Source: Mobula hypostoma
Taxonomy: Eukaryota
Direction of reading: 5' to 3'
Assembly (NCBI RefSeq): GCF_963921235.1
Contig: NC_086108.1
Coordinates: 26,786,001-26,850,000, forward strand
Length of the DNA stretch: 64,000 bases
Shown: positions 11,718 through 24,649 of the stretch, in pieces
Layout of the letters: each line of letters opens with the position of its first letter
Numbering within the stretch: the first letter of the stretch is position 1
Position numbers and translations under genes: made by a program
Notes under the pieces: generated by a model
Databases searched by the model: none
Told to the model about the DNA's origin: nothing
The model's input: only the letters and a program-made list of their open reading frames with translations

Positions 11718-13508
11718 AGAACATAGAACATAGAATAGTACAGCACAGTACAGGCCCTTTGGCCCAAAATGTTGTGCTGACACTCAAACCCTGCCTCCCA
11801 TATAAGCCCCCACCTCAAATTTCTCCATGTACCTGTCTAGTAGTCTCTTAAACTTCACGAGTGTATCTGCCTCCACCACTGACTCAGACAGTGCATTCCA
11901 CGCACCAATCACTCTCTGAGTAAAAAAACCTTCCTCTAATATCCCCCTTAAACGTCCCACCCCTTACCATAAAGCCATATCCTCTTGTATTGAGCAGTGG
12001 TGCCCTGGGGAAGAGGCGCTGGCTATCCACTCTATCTATTCCTCTTATTATCTTGTACACCTCTATCATGTCTCCTCTCATCCTCCTTCTCTCCAAAGAG
12101 TAAAGACCTAGCTTCCTTAATCTCTGATCATAATCCATACTCTCTAAACCAGGCAGCATCCTGGTAAATCTCCTCTGTACCCTTTCCAATGCTTCCACAT
12201 CCTTCCTATAGTGAGGTGACCAGAACTGGACACAGTACTCCAAGTGTGGCCTAACCAGAGTTTTATAGAGCTGCATCATTACATCGCGACTCTTAAACTC
12301 CATCCCTCGACTTATGAAAGCTAACACCCCATAAGCTTTCTTAACTACCCTATCCATCTGTGAGGCAACTTTCAGGGATCTTTGGACATGTACCCCAGAT
12401 CCCTCTGCTCCTCCACACTACTAAGTATCCTGCCATTTACTTTGTACTCTGCCTTGGAGTTTGTCCTTCCAAAGTGTACCACCTCACACTTCTCCGGGTT
12501 GAACTCCATCTGCCACTTCTCAGCCCACTTCTTCATCCTATCAATGTCTCTCTGCAATCTTTGACAATCCTCTACACTATCTACAACACCACCAACCTTT
12601 GTGTCATCTGCAAACTTGCCAACCCACCCTTCTACCCCCACATCCAGGTCATTAATAAAAATCATGAAAAGTAGAGGTCCCAGAACAGATCCTTATGGAA
12701 CACCACTAGTCACAATCCTCCAATCTGAATGTACACCCTCCACCACGACCCTCTGCCTTCTGCAGGCAAGCCAATTCTGAATCCACCTGGCCAAACTTCC
12801 CTGGATCCCATGCCTTCTGACTTTCTGAATAAGCCTACGGTGTGGAACCTTGTCAAATGCCTTACTAAAATCCATATGGATCACATCCACTGCACTACCC
12901 TCATCTATATGCCTGGTCACCTCCTCAAAGAACTCGATCAGGCTTGTTAGACACGATCTGCCCTTCACAAATCCATGCTGACTGTCCATGATCAGACCAT
13001 GATTCTCTAAATGCCCAGAGATCCTATCTTTAAGAATCTTTTCCAACAGATTTCCCACCACAGACGTTAGGCTCACTGGTCTATAATTACCCAGACTATC
13101 CCTACTACCTTTATTGAACAAGGGGACAACATTCGCTTCCCTCCAATCCTCCAGTACCATTCCCGTGGACAACGAGAACATAAAGATCCTAGCAAGAGGC
13201 TCAGCAATCTCTTCCCTCACCTCGTGGAGCAGCCTGGGGAATATTCTGTCAGGCCCCGGGGACTTATCTGTCCTCATGTATTTTAACAACTCCAACACTT
13301 CCTCTCCCTTAATATCAACATACTCCAGAACATCAACCTCAATCATATTGTCCTCACCATCATCAAGTTCCCTCTCATTTGTGAATACCAAAGAGAATTA
13401 TTCATTGAGGACCTCGCTCACTTCCACAGCCTCCAGGCACATCTTCCCACTTTTATCTCTAATTGGTCCTGCCTTCACTTCTGTCATCCTTTTTTCCTTC
13501 ACATAATT
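11718..13508 (-). mobile_element. CR1 LINE, 5'-truncated, antisense insert in CR1
   Basis: ORFs 12693-13391, 12372-12665 (FADD) and 11884-12357; (TTCTATG)n-type tail at 11718-11738. Confidence 0.93.
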
Positions 13509-14882
13509 GATTGGCATCTCCCTAGAGTGAGGCGTTTAGATGGGGTGGAGTTTGTTAGGTGTGTTCGGGAAGATTTCTTGACACAATATATAGATAAGCC
13601 TACAAGAGAAGAGGCTGTACTTGATCTGGTATTGGGAAATGAACCTGGTCATGTGTCAGGTCTCTCAGTGGGAGAGCATTTTGGAGATAGTGATCACTAT
13701 TCTATCTCCTTTAACATAGAATGGAGAGGGGTAGGAACAGACAAGTTAGGGAAACATTTAAGTGGAGTAAGGGGAAATATGAGGCTATCAGGCAGGAAAT
13801 TAGAAGCATAAATTGGAAACAGATGTTCTCAGGGAAACGTATGGAAGAAATGTGGCAAACATTCAGGGGATTTTTGCATGGGGTTCTGCATAGATACGTT
13901 CCAATGAGACAGGGAAAGGATGGTAGGGTACAGGAGTCATGGTGTACAAAGGCTGTTGTAAATCTAGTCAAGAAGAAAAGAAGAGCTTATGAAACGTTCA
14001 AAAAACTAGGTAATGATAGAGATCCAAAAGATTATAAAGGTAGCAGGAAGGAGTTTAAGAATGAAATTAGGAGAGCCAGATGGGGCCAGGAGAAAACCTT
14101 GGTGGACAGGATTAAGGAAAACCCCAAGGCATTCTACAAGTATGTGAAGAGCAAGAGGATTAGATGTGAGACAATAGGACCAATCAAGGGCGACAGTGAA
14201 AAAGTGTGTATGGAACCGGAGGAGATGGCATAGGTACATAATGAATACTTCGCTTCAGTATTCACTATGGAAAAAGATTTTGGTGATTGTAGGGATGACT
14301 TGCAGTGGACTGAAAAGCTTGAGCATATAGATATTAAGGAAGAGGATGTGCTGGAGCTTTTGGAAAGCATCGAGTTGGATAAGTCACCGGGACTGGATGA
14401 GATGTACCTCAGATTACTGTGGGAAACAAGGCAGGAGATTACTGAGCCTCTGGTAATGATCTTTGCATCATCAATGAGGACGGGAGAGGTTACAAAGGAT
14501 TGGAGGGTGGCAAATGTTGTTCCCTTATTCAAAAAAGGGTGTAGGAATAGCCCAGGAAATTATAGATCAGTGAGTCTTACTTCAGTGGTTGGTAAGTTGA
14601 TGGAGAAGATCCTGAGAGGCAGGATTTATGAACATTTGGAGAGGCATAATATGATTAGGAATAGTCAGCATGGCTTTGTCAAAGGCAAGTCGTGCCTTAC
14701 GAGCCTGATTGAATTTTTTGAGGATGTGACTAAACACATTGATGAAGGTAGAGCCATAGATGTAGTGTATATGGATTTTAGCAAGGCATTTGATAAGGTA
14801 TCCCATGCAAGGCTTATTGAGAAAGTAAGGAGGCATGGGATCCAAGGGGACATTGCTTTGTGGATCCAGAACTGGCTTGCCT

Positions 14883-17639
14883 CTACCATAATTCATGAAT
14901 TTTTAAGGAAATTGAATATTCTGAAATTACTACGTAATGAATGTTTAGCACTAGATGCACCCATTATGGAAGAAGAAATAAAGAAAGCAATTTCTTCGAT
15001 GAATTCTGGTAAAGCACCCAGTCTGGATGGGTATACAGTAGAATTTTAAAAATATTTTTAAAATCTACTTTCTCCTTGGTTATGTAGAATCTTTAAGGAT
15101 GCCTTATTTATAGGTAAATCACCACAATCCTTTTGTGAAGCATCTATTACTTTAATTCCTAAAAAAGATAAAGATCACACTGAATGTGCATCATATAGAC
15201 CTATATCCTTGTTGAATGTGGACTCCAAAATCTTTTCCAAAATATTAGCAATTAGATTGGAAAATATATTTCCACAAATTGTTTCTGATGACCAAATGGT
15301 ATTTATTAAAAATCATTATCTGTATTTTAATGTTAAGAGGTTAATGAACATTGTATATACTTCTTCATCTAAAACTCTAGAACGTGTTACTTCGCTTGAT
15401 GCTGAGAAGGCGTTTGATAGAGTTGAATGAGAATATTTATTTAACACTCTTGAGAAATTTAACTTTAGCCCAAAATTCATGTCTTGGATTAAATTGAAAT
15501 ATCATATACCTTTGGCTTCTGTACTTAGCAATAATCAGACAGCCTCCTTTTTTAGACTTTTTTGAGGTACTAGACAGGGCTGTCCTTTAAGCCCTTTACT
15601 ACTTAATACTGCCTTGGAGCCCTTGACAATCGCTCTTCATGATTCTCCCAATATATTTGGCATTATTCTTGGGAATGGGACGCATAAGGTATCACTATAT
15701 GCAGATGACATGTTACTATATATCTCTAACCTTGAGAAATCCATCCCAGCAGTAATATCAATACTTGCTCAGTTTAGTAGTTTTTCTGGTTATAAATTGA
15801 ATCTTAATAAGAGTGAGCTTTTCCTATTAAATATGCAAGTCCCAATCTATAGACAATCACCATTTAGAATGGTTACTGATTATTTTATTTACTTGGGTGT
15901 TAAAATTACTAAGAAACATAAAGATCTATGTAAAGTTAACTTTTTACCCTTAATTGATCATGTTAAACAACTGCTTACTATTTGGTCCCCATTGTCCTTA
16001 TCATTGATTGGCAGAATTAATGCTATTAAGGTTATTATTTTACCTAAATTTCTGTATCTATTTCATATATGTATATATGGCAGAATAAAAATCCTAGGTT
16101 AAGTAAGAAATATTTACAGAAATCAAAAAAGAATGGTGGTTTGGCATTGCCGAAATTTAGATTCTACTATTGGGCAATTAATATTCGATATCTAATGTTC
16201 TGGACGAAAGATTTGGATGAAATTCAATGTCCACAATGGGTGAACCTCGAGTGCAAGTCTACACAACGGTTCTCATCTGCTTCTATTTTAGGGACTTCAC
16301 TTCCCTTTGCACTTACTAAACTGAATAAACAAACGATTAATCCAATAATTAAACATACAATACGAATACTGTATGGTTTCAATTTCATAAATTTTTTGAA
16401 TTGAATAAATTTATCCTATCAAGTCCTATTAAATCCAATTTTTTTCCCATCCATCCAGAATTGATCAAGCTTTTCTTTTATGGAAAACGAAGGGAATAAC
16501 GTGCTTTCATGATTTATTCATGGTTAATTGTCTCATGACTTTTGAACAGTTGTCCAAAAAAATATAATTTGCCTAGATCACATTTTTTCAGATATTTACA
16601 GATTAGAAACTTTTTGAATGTTATTTTACCTACTTTTCCAATACCACATCAAACTGAAATTACAGAAAAAAATATAGGTTTAAATCCCTATCAGAAGAGC
16701 TTATTAGCAATTATTTATGATTTAATAATGAAAATATATCTAGCTATATCTGATAAAATTAAGAATGAATGGCAAAGAGCACTTCAGGTATTTTTGCCTA
16801 TAGAGAAATGGGAGAAAATTCTCCTGCTAGTTAACACTTCTTCAATGTGTGCTAGACATGCTTTGATACCTTTTCAGGGGGTTCATAGGGCCTATATGTC
16901 CAAGGATAAAGTAGCTCGTTTTTATTGCCATATAAATCCTGTCTGTGACAGATGTAATTCTGAAGTAGCTTCCTTGACATATATGTTCTGGTCTTGCCCT
17001 CTTTTGGAAAAATATTGAAAAGACATTTTTGATATTATTTCAGTAGTTTTGGGGGTAGTTTGCGTATTGATTTAAAACCTCATCCTATTACTGTAATTTT
17101 TGGATTACCAGTGATGGACTCTAATCTTTTATCCCTTTCAGCTTGCCGTTTGATTGCATTTATTACATTAATGGCCAGAAGATCCATTTTATTTAAATGG
17201 AAAGATTCTAATCCCCCTACTACATTTCAATGGTTTTCCCAAACTATAACATGATTAAACTTGGAAAAAATTAGGTGTGGTACTATGAATCCTTCGGTTA
17301 AATTTGAAGAAACTTGGAGGCCATTTATTCAACATTTTCATATGATGTAAGTTGACCTTTTCAGAATCCTTTTCAATAACTTTTTGTTTGTGTTAAGAGG
17401 AGTGGAGTTAATGACAAATAATGATTTTAACTGATGAAACATGGCAGCCCAGCTTTTGTTTTGTTCTGTTTTGTTTTTTTTAGTGTAGGGGGACTTTTTT
17501 TGTATAAAACTTTTGAATCTTTTTCATGTTCAGTTATTAAGAGATTGGGAGGCTTAAATTACATCTGTTACGGTGTCGGTATATGTTAACCTTATGTTTA
17601 TCAATTCGAAACTTAATAAAAAAAAGATTGAGAAAGCAA
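14883..17639 (+). mobile_element. L1-clade LINE, 5'-truncated
   Basis: SLDAEKAFDRVE, TRQGCPLSPLL, LYADD, GGLALP, C-terminal CDRC..MFWSC; AATAAA and A-rich tail; 15-bp TSD AGAACTGGCTTGCCT (14868-14882, 17640-17654). Confidence 0.95.
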
Positions 17640-20435
17640 AGAACTGGCTTGCCTACAGAAGGCAAAGAGTGGTTGTAGATGGTTCATATTCTGCATGGAG
17701 GCCGGTGACCAGTGGTGTGCCTCAGGGGTCTGTTCTGAAACCCCTACTCTTTGTGATTTTTATAAATGACCTGGATGAGGAAGTGGAGGAATGGGTTAGT
17801 AAAATTTGCTGATGACACAAAAGTTGGGGGTGTTGTGGATAGTGTGGAGGGCTGTCAGAGGTTACAGTGGGACTTTGACAGGATGCAAAACTGGGCTGAG
17901 AAGTGGTAGATGCAGTTCAACCCAGATAAGTGTGAGGTGGTTCGTTTTGGTAGGTCAAATATGATGGCAGAATATAGCATTAATGGCAAGACTCTTGGCA
18001 GTGTGGAGGATCAGAGGGATCTTGGGGTCCGAGTCCATAGGATGCAGGTTGACTCTGCGGTTAGGAAGGCATATGGTGCATTGGCGTTCATCAATCATGG
18101 GATTGAGTTTAAGAGCTGAGAGGTAATGTTACAGCTATATAGAACCCTGGTCAGACCCCATTTGGAGTACTGTGCTCAATTCTTGTCGCCGCCTCACTAT
18201 AAGAAGGATGTGGAAACCATAGAAAGGATGCAGAAGAGATTTACAAGGGTGTTGCCCGGATTGGGGAGCATGCCTTATGAGAATAGGTTGAGTGAACTCA
18301 GCCTTTTATCTTTGGAGTGACAGAAGATGAGAGGTGACCTGATAGAGGTGTATAAGATGATGAGAGGCATTGATCATGTGGATAGTCAGAGGCTTTTTCC
18401 CAGGGCTGGAATGGCTAGCATGAGAGGGCACAGTTTTAAAGTGCTTGGAAATAGGTACAGAGGAGATGTCAGGGGTAAGTTTTTTACACAGAGAGTGGTG
18501 AGTGCGTGGAATGTGCTGCCGGTGGCGGCGGTGGAGGCGGAAACAATAGGATCTTTTAAGAGACTCCCGGATGGATACAGGGAGCATTGAAAAATAGAGG
18601 GCTATGGGTAAACCTAGGTAGATCTAATGTAAGGACATGTTTGGCACAGATTTGTGGGTTGAAGGGCCTGTATTGTGCTGTAGGTTTTCTATGTTTCCAT
18701 GTTACTGTTTTACCTTGTCCTACCGCAGTGCACTGTGTAATGGTCCCATCTGTATAAACAGTATGCAAGACAAGCTTTTCACTGTTCCTTGCTATATATG
18801 ACAATAATATACCAATACCAATACCAATATCAAACCCCTTCAGAAAAGAGATGGAAGCAGTTAATGAAATTATTTTCTAAAATATCAGTACACACTCCTT
18901 AAAATGAGGTTACTAATAGACACAACCAATAAGACACAAGGTCTTGACTTAGATTTAGGACTCTAAAATGGATGCACTCAATATCATCACTTCCGGTGAT
19001 GTTAAAACTTAATTCTTTAAAGCCTCTTTGAAGCATAAGGTAGGAGTCTGATCAAATACAACACCAACAACAGTGAAGATGCTCACCAGTTTCCATACCA
19101 AGGTCTTGCCCACTGAGCTAAATATTAGCTTTTCATCTCCTGTATGCCATCTTCATAATGCACTGAAGCAACTCACCAACATATCTTCAAAAACATTTCA
19201 AAAACCTATAAACTCTGCTGCCTTGATGAACAAAAGTAACAGTCCCATGGCAACATCACTGCCAGTAGTTGCCCATGTACAGTGTACCCTATCCTTGCTT
19301 AGAAATACATGTTGGATTCAAGTCCTTAAACCCTGCACCAAACAAAACTCTGGTAGAAGTTCACCAGAAGAACAGTGGTGTCTCAAGAAAATGGTTCACT
19401 CCCTTTTACTGAAAGGTATCAGTATCAGATACATATTCAATCCGTAAAAAAAATAATTTATTTTGCATTTATTATTTAGGAATCAAAGCTGCGAAGAGTT
19501 CAATGTTCTTTCCTACCTTTAATATTACTTGAAATCATTCTTCCTTTCTCCAAACTTATAAATCTTTCAAGGTTGGTGTGTTTCACTAAATCCGGCCTCT
19601 TGATCTTCTCTGCTCTTCCATTAGTAACAGGCATTAAGGCCTGGATTTTCTTCATTAAATGCCTCAATGTCCCCAATTCTTTAGGATCCCCAAAATTCAA
19701 AATCAGTATTTGATCACCTGTGCTAATACTATTTTCGCTTTGAAGCAACTCTGGATTACTTTGCTGAGTAAATAAATGTTGGTGAATATGCCGAGCTTGA
19801 ATGAACTGCTACTAAATCCTGCAAGAGATAATTACAATAGTTTCCACATTAGTGGTATTTTTGCGACAATGATTAAGTGAACTTTTCCCACAATGTCTCC
19901 AGTTTTATAAAGGTTTTGTGCATGTTTCTTCATTCTTGCAATGATATCATGGGCTAAATCTACATTGCTTACACAGGGAAGAATTATTGGCCAGTTTCAA
20001 ACAATTACAGGCAGATTCCATCAACTGCTGTGTTTGTTTCAGGCAAACTGACAGCCAGAGGTCTATGGGCACAAAAACCCCTGTCAAAACATTGAAATCA
20101 CTGTCATGAACAGAGAAATTCACAAACCACACACACCCTACTCCACCACTTTAGGTGGGGTTTGTTTGAAATTAAGAATAAATTGTTACCTGTATTGTAG
20201 AAATTAACCTTCAACTGAGGTGTGCCAGCAAATGACTTAAGTTGTACAGGAAGGTATCTTAATAGGAGGGCCTATGGAAGCTAACAAGGACAAGCCTTCA
20301 AGATTGCGTGAAGCAGCAGCCGAAGATATGGGGTTCTTAATGCTTATTCCTGGCCTATTAAACCCATTAATCTGATTCAATTTTATTGAATCAATCTGGA
20401 GGGCAACACAGAATACACCAGAGGGAGAGAAATTA

Positions 20436-20836
20436 CAATAAACCTGTTTCTGAAATGGTTCTCTATTATGAGAGTGGGAAGGGGACAGGGAGAGGGGAAT
20501 CATTGTTGGGAAAAGAAGGAAGCGGGGAGGAAGCAGGAATCACCAGAGAAATATTCTGTAATGATCAATAAACCAATTGTTATGAATCAAATAGCATGGT
20601 CTGGTGTCTCAGGGATGGGTGTGTTAGCACCTGCACCACCCCTGTCCTGGCACTCCACTCTACCACCTGTCGCATAACCCTCCTGTGGAACTCCTATCTT
20701 GCCATTCCCAACATCCTTTGCTCCCACCAGATTTACAAGCTCGGCCTCTGCTCCATGTTGACAAATACAGTATTGTGCAAAAGTCTTAGGCCCCCTAGCT
20801 ATATAAATGTAGCTAAGACTTCAGCGCAGTACTGTA
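20436..20836. mobile_element. Composite Tc1-like element ending in a 67-bp TA-flanked palindromic MITE (20768-20834)
   Basis: TA-CAGTATTGTGCAAAAGTCTTAG..CTAAGACTTCAGCGCAGTACTG-TA; remainder is the inverted homologue of 9760-10095. Confidence 0.65.
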
Positions 20837-22205
20837 TATAAATGCAGACTGATAAAAAGCCTAAGAGGCAAATATTCTGCAATGGTAAGAATGAACTTTT
20901 ACTATTACTGTGCATTTTCAAGATTTCCCAAGGCACAACACAGGCACTGAAAATTGACCAAATCGGTGGCTTTAGTGGACTGTCCTGAAATGGTAGGCTA
21001 TGCACATCTAAATCACACCTTCCCCTTGTGATTGATAGTGTGAGGGAGAAATTCAATGTGATGGACATTTGCAAACATTCTTTTCTGGGGATGATGCAAG
21101 AAATTGAAAAGAAATTAAATAATAAAGGGAAAAAGAGGGTTTCTTCTGAGGTTTATCTCAGTCCCCTAGTTATAATTCTCAATGTAGTTGAATTTGAAGA
21201 AGTTAGGGCACATCCATGGTTCTGCTGTCTCCATCTGGCTTATCAGGTGAGTGAGGGAAGTTTCCTCCTGAACCCTTTAAATGTATGTCATCTCATTCAT
21301 GTAAAAGACTGACTGTAGGAAGTGAAGTGGCCACTAACTAGTCAATGGTTCTTTGCCCTTAAATAGGTTAACCCTGCTTTCAGATCAATGTTTGGAATAT
21401 AAAGGATGGTGGACCTTCTCAAACTGAATATGCTTGACCAAATATCAAATATTATCTGGATCATTCAAGTGTAAGCATAGCAGCATTCAGAACATCATGG
21501 GTGTCTCCATTAAAGGGCACTATATCTTCAAAATCAAATTCAACCTGAAAAAAATCAAATTGGCTGGGTTTAAAGCAAATTGGCCTGATATTGGTTTGGA
21601 ACAGTGCCATACTGTACTGAGTGATTGCTTACCTCCAGGCTCTTAGTTCTCATCTCAATGGTGCATGTAGAAACTCAGTCAACACCCGGCTCGTGCTTAA
21701 TTAACAAATAACAAGTAAACTCCAATTAGAAATACCCAAAGGCAATGAGTGTTAATGGCACTCTCTCTGCATGTTGTTTCTTATTCCTCTTTCTAATTAA
21801 ATAGAGTCTGCATGTTCAACACAATAATGCAAAATATAACAGATAGAAGCTCAAAAGAGCTTGGAAAGGCCGAGCTATTTGCTTTTCCCTTGTTCTGGAG
21901 GTTAAGTTCAGCTGTTGTGTTATTATCATTATTTACTGATGGAACAGCTTAAATGAAGCAAACTGAAATATCTCAAATATCTGGAACAAAGATTCACCAC
22001 CAATGAAAGTATTAACTGATTTTTTTCTCAAAACAGTAACTTTAAATACAATTTAGCACGGTGTCAAGCTGATCTAATTTTTATCTCCCAAATGGAGAAG
22101 GTATGGGTTTCTATTGTGCTTTTCAGTAGATTGGTCATGTCGACAAGATTTCTTTCAACAGAGGTTACTAAATAAAACCTGGTTTATCTTTTCAACCATG
22201 AATAT

Positions 22206-23081
22206 TTTGCAGACGACGCAACTGTCATTGGCCTTATCCGAGACGCTGATGAGTCTGCATATAGACGGGTGGTGGAACAGCTGGCCCTCTGGTGTGGGGG
22301 TCAGAACAATCTGGAGCTAAATACACTCAAGACTGTGGAGATGACAGTGGACTTCAGGAGGAGCCCCCCAATACTCCCCCCACTCACTATACTCAACAGT
22401 ATTGTGTCTACTGTGGAGACCTTCAAGTTTCTGGGTGTCACAATCTCCCAGGACCTGAAGTGGACACCCAACACGGACACTCTTATCAAAAAGACTCTGC
22501 AGAGGTTGCATTTCCTACGTCAACTCAGGAAGTACAACCTGCCTCAGGAGCTGCTGATTCAATTCTATTCAGGAATAATTCAGTCTGTTCTCTGTTCGTC
22601 CATCACTGTCTGGTTTGGATCAGCTACGAAACAAGACAAGAATAGACTCCAAAGAACCGTCAGGGCTGCGGAAAGAATTACTGGTGTGAAGCTGCCCTCG
22701 ATCCAGGACTTATATGCATCTAGAGTCAGGAAGCGAGCAAGCAGTATCATTGTAGACCCATCACATCCTGGACATCACCTGTTCCAACTCCTTCCTTCTG
22801 GTAGGCGCTCTAGATCACTGTATGCCAGGATAAATAGGTACAAGAACAGTTTCTTTCCGTATGCCATCAGTCTTATGAACACTTGAATTTTAGTCTATTA
22901 TAAACCAAGTCCACCTGTACATACACAAGTATACCTCACTGTATATAGTTCATAATTATTTGCACTATTGTTTTGTTTGCTTTTTGATTCTGTACAGCGA
23001 GAGCTCAGGGAAACCGGCATCAAATTCCCTGTATGTGTCCACAAACTTGGCGATAATAAGGGATTCTGATTCTGATTCTGA
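22206..23081 (+). mobile_element. Rex1/Babar LINE, 5'-truncated, relatively young
   Basis: FADD at about 22206; 205-aa open frame 22269-22886 (KTVEMTVDFRR, FKFLG, HPGHHLFQLLPSGRR, NSFFP); (ATTCTG)n tail. Confidence 0.9.
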
Positions 23082-23214
23082 TCATTGCTCTTGCAGCTCC
23101 CAAGTACACTATTCCATGTTTAACTGAGACATGGCAAGCAACATGCTCCCTGCACTATGGTTCTTTGTGCCCACTGCACAGCAGGATGTGTGGAATAGCA
23201 GTTGTAAATAAGAA

Positions 23215-24620
23215 TATCAGAAACATGAGCAGGACGAAGCCATCTGATGAGTTGAGTCTTCTCAGCTCTTCATCACGATTGTGGCAGATATGGTCTTTAG
23301 ATTTGGTTCCACCTGCTTACTGACTCAGATAACCTTTGATCTTTGGTCCACAAGCTATCTATCTTAGCCCTGAATGTAGTTAAGATAACTAGTGCTCTGT
23401 TTCCTTGGGGAAAAATGCATAATGGTGATAGAGCAGAACCTTCTCATCTCTTTTTAATGAGCATCCCCTGTCCCTGAGGCATTGCCAATTACTTCCAGAC
23501 TCCACAAGCAGGGGTAAACCTCCTTAGAACAACTATCCTGAAATTACATCTCAAATTTTTAGTTTTCAATTCTCTTGCACTCCAGAAGCTACAGGCATAT
23601 CTTGCTCAACTGTTACACAAAAGACAATTCATTTATTCTATGAATTAAATGAGGGAATGCCCTCTGTATCACCAAAAGACAATTTTTCCCTACTTAAATA
23701 AAGAGACCAAAACTATAAACAGTACTGAAGGCCCAGTCTCATCAAAGTTTTGAATATTTGTTGGATGAACTCCCAGCCCTTGCATTCCTTCTCTCTTACA
23801 AATAATTGCATCTACTTTCCAAATCACTTGCTGCACTCAACCGTATCTACATTTCTCACATGAGGACACCAAAGTTTCTATGAATGCCTGCACTTAATAC
23901 TCTAACACCATGTTTCTCTTCTTTTTTTCTTACTGAAGTAGATATTATGTCATTTCTCCACATTTCTTTTCCATCTGCAATCTTCTTATCAATTCATTAA
24001 TGCAGCCCACATTCCTTTGCCAATACCTTGTATTCACACTGCAGCTCAATTTCTCACCTATCTCTGCATTGTCAGGAGACCTTCATACATCACACTCTGT
24101 GCTTCCATCTAAGGTGTTAATTTGAATCATGAATACCAGCCCAATGCCTCCCATAAGCAACAGCTTTCCAAAATGAAAATTCTCCGTTCACTTCTGAGCT
24201 CTGTATCCCTCCATTCAACAAGTCCTTCTTTAATAACCTTTCAGATGGTTTTTTATCAAATGCTTTTTGGAAATACAAATGCAACAAAAACATGAACTCT
24301 CCATTATTTTCCTCCAGATCATCATTTCCTCAGGAAAAGTATTACACAAGCACAGTTTGCCTTTCATTAAGCAACAATGAGTGGACCTAAACATGGTCCA
24401 AGGGCATTTTAGCATTTACCTGAAGATTGATATATGGCCAACTGGCCTGCAATTTCCTTTTTTTCTTTGTCTTTCCTTCCTTAAATAGTATTGCTGCACT
24501 TGTGCTTTTTTCCAGGCTGCTGGGACCTTTGCAGTATTCAGGGAGTTTGGAAGACCACAACCAAAGCAAGTCTCCATAAACTCTGCAGTAATCTAGAACA
24601 TGGAGCATCAGATCCACTGA
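23215..24620 (-). mobile_element. Highly decayed CR1 LINE
   Basis: Scattered CR1-like blocks (GACCAAAACT..CAGTACT, TTTATCAAATGCTTTTTGGAAAT, CTGGCCTGCAATTTCC). Confidence 0.55.
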
Positions 24621-24649
24621 ACCTATCAGTCTTTCATCCATGACTTTGC

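Larger units (their letters stand above)
11075..18700 (+). mobile_element. CR1 LINE ORF2 (APE endonuclease + RT), split by three nested inserts
   Basis: [64 protein letters not shown]; tail TTCTATGTTTCCATG at about 18690. Confidence 0.93.

Noticed and set aside
19073..19447. 124-aa plus-strand ORF
   Set aside because: No recognisable motif, a GTG start and no convincing splice context
19970..20080. Minus-strand exon candidate GVFVPIDLW..NSSL
   Set aside because: Its phase is incompatible with the 19517-19763 candidate and no homology was recognised
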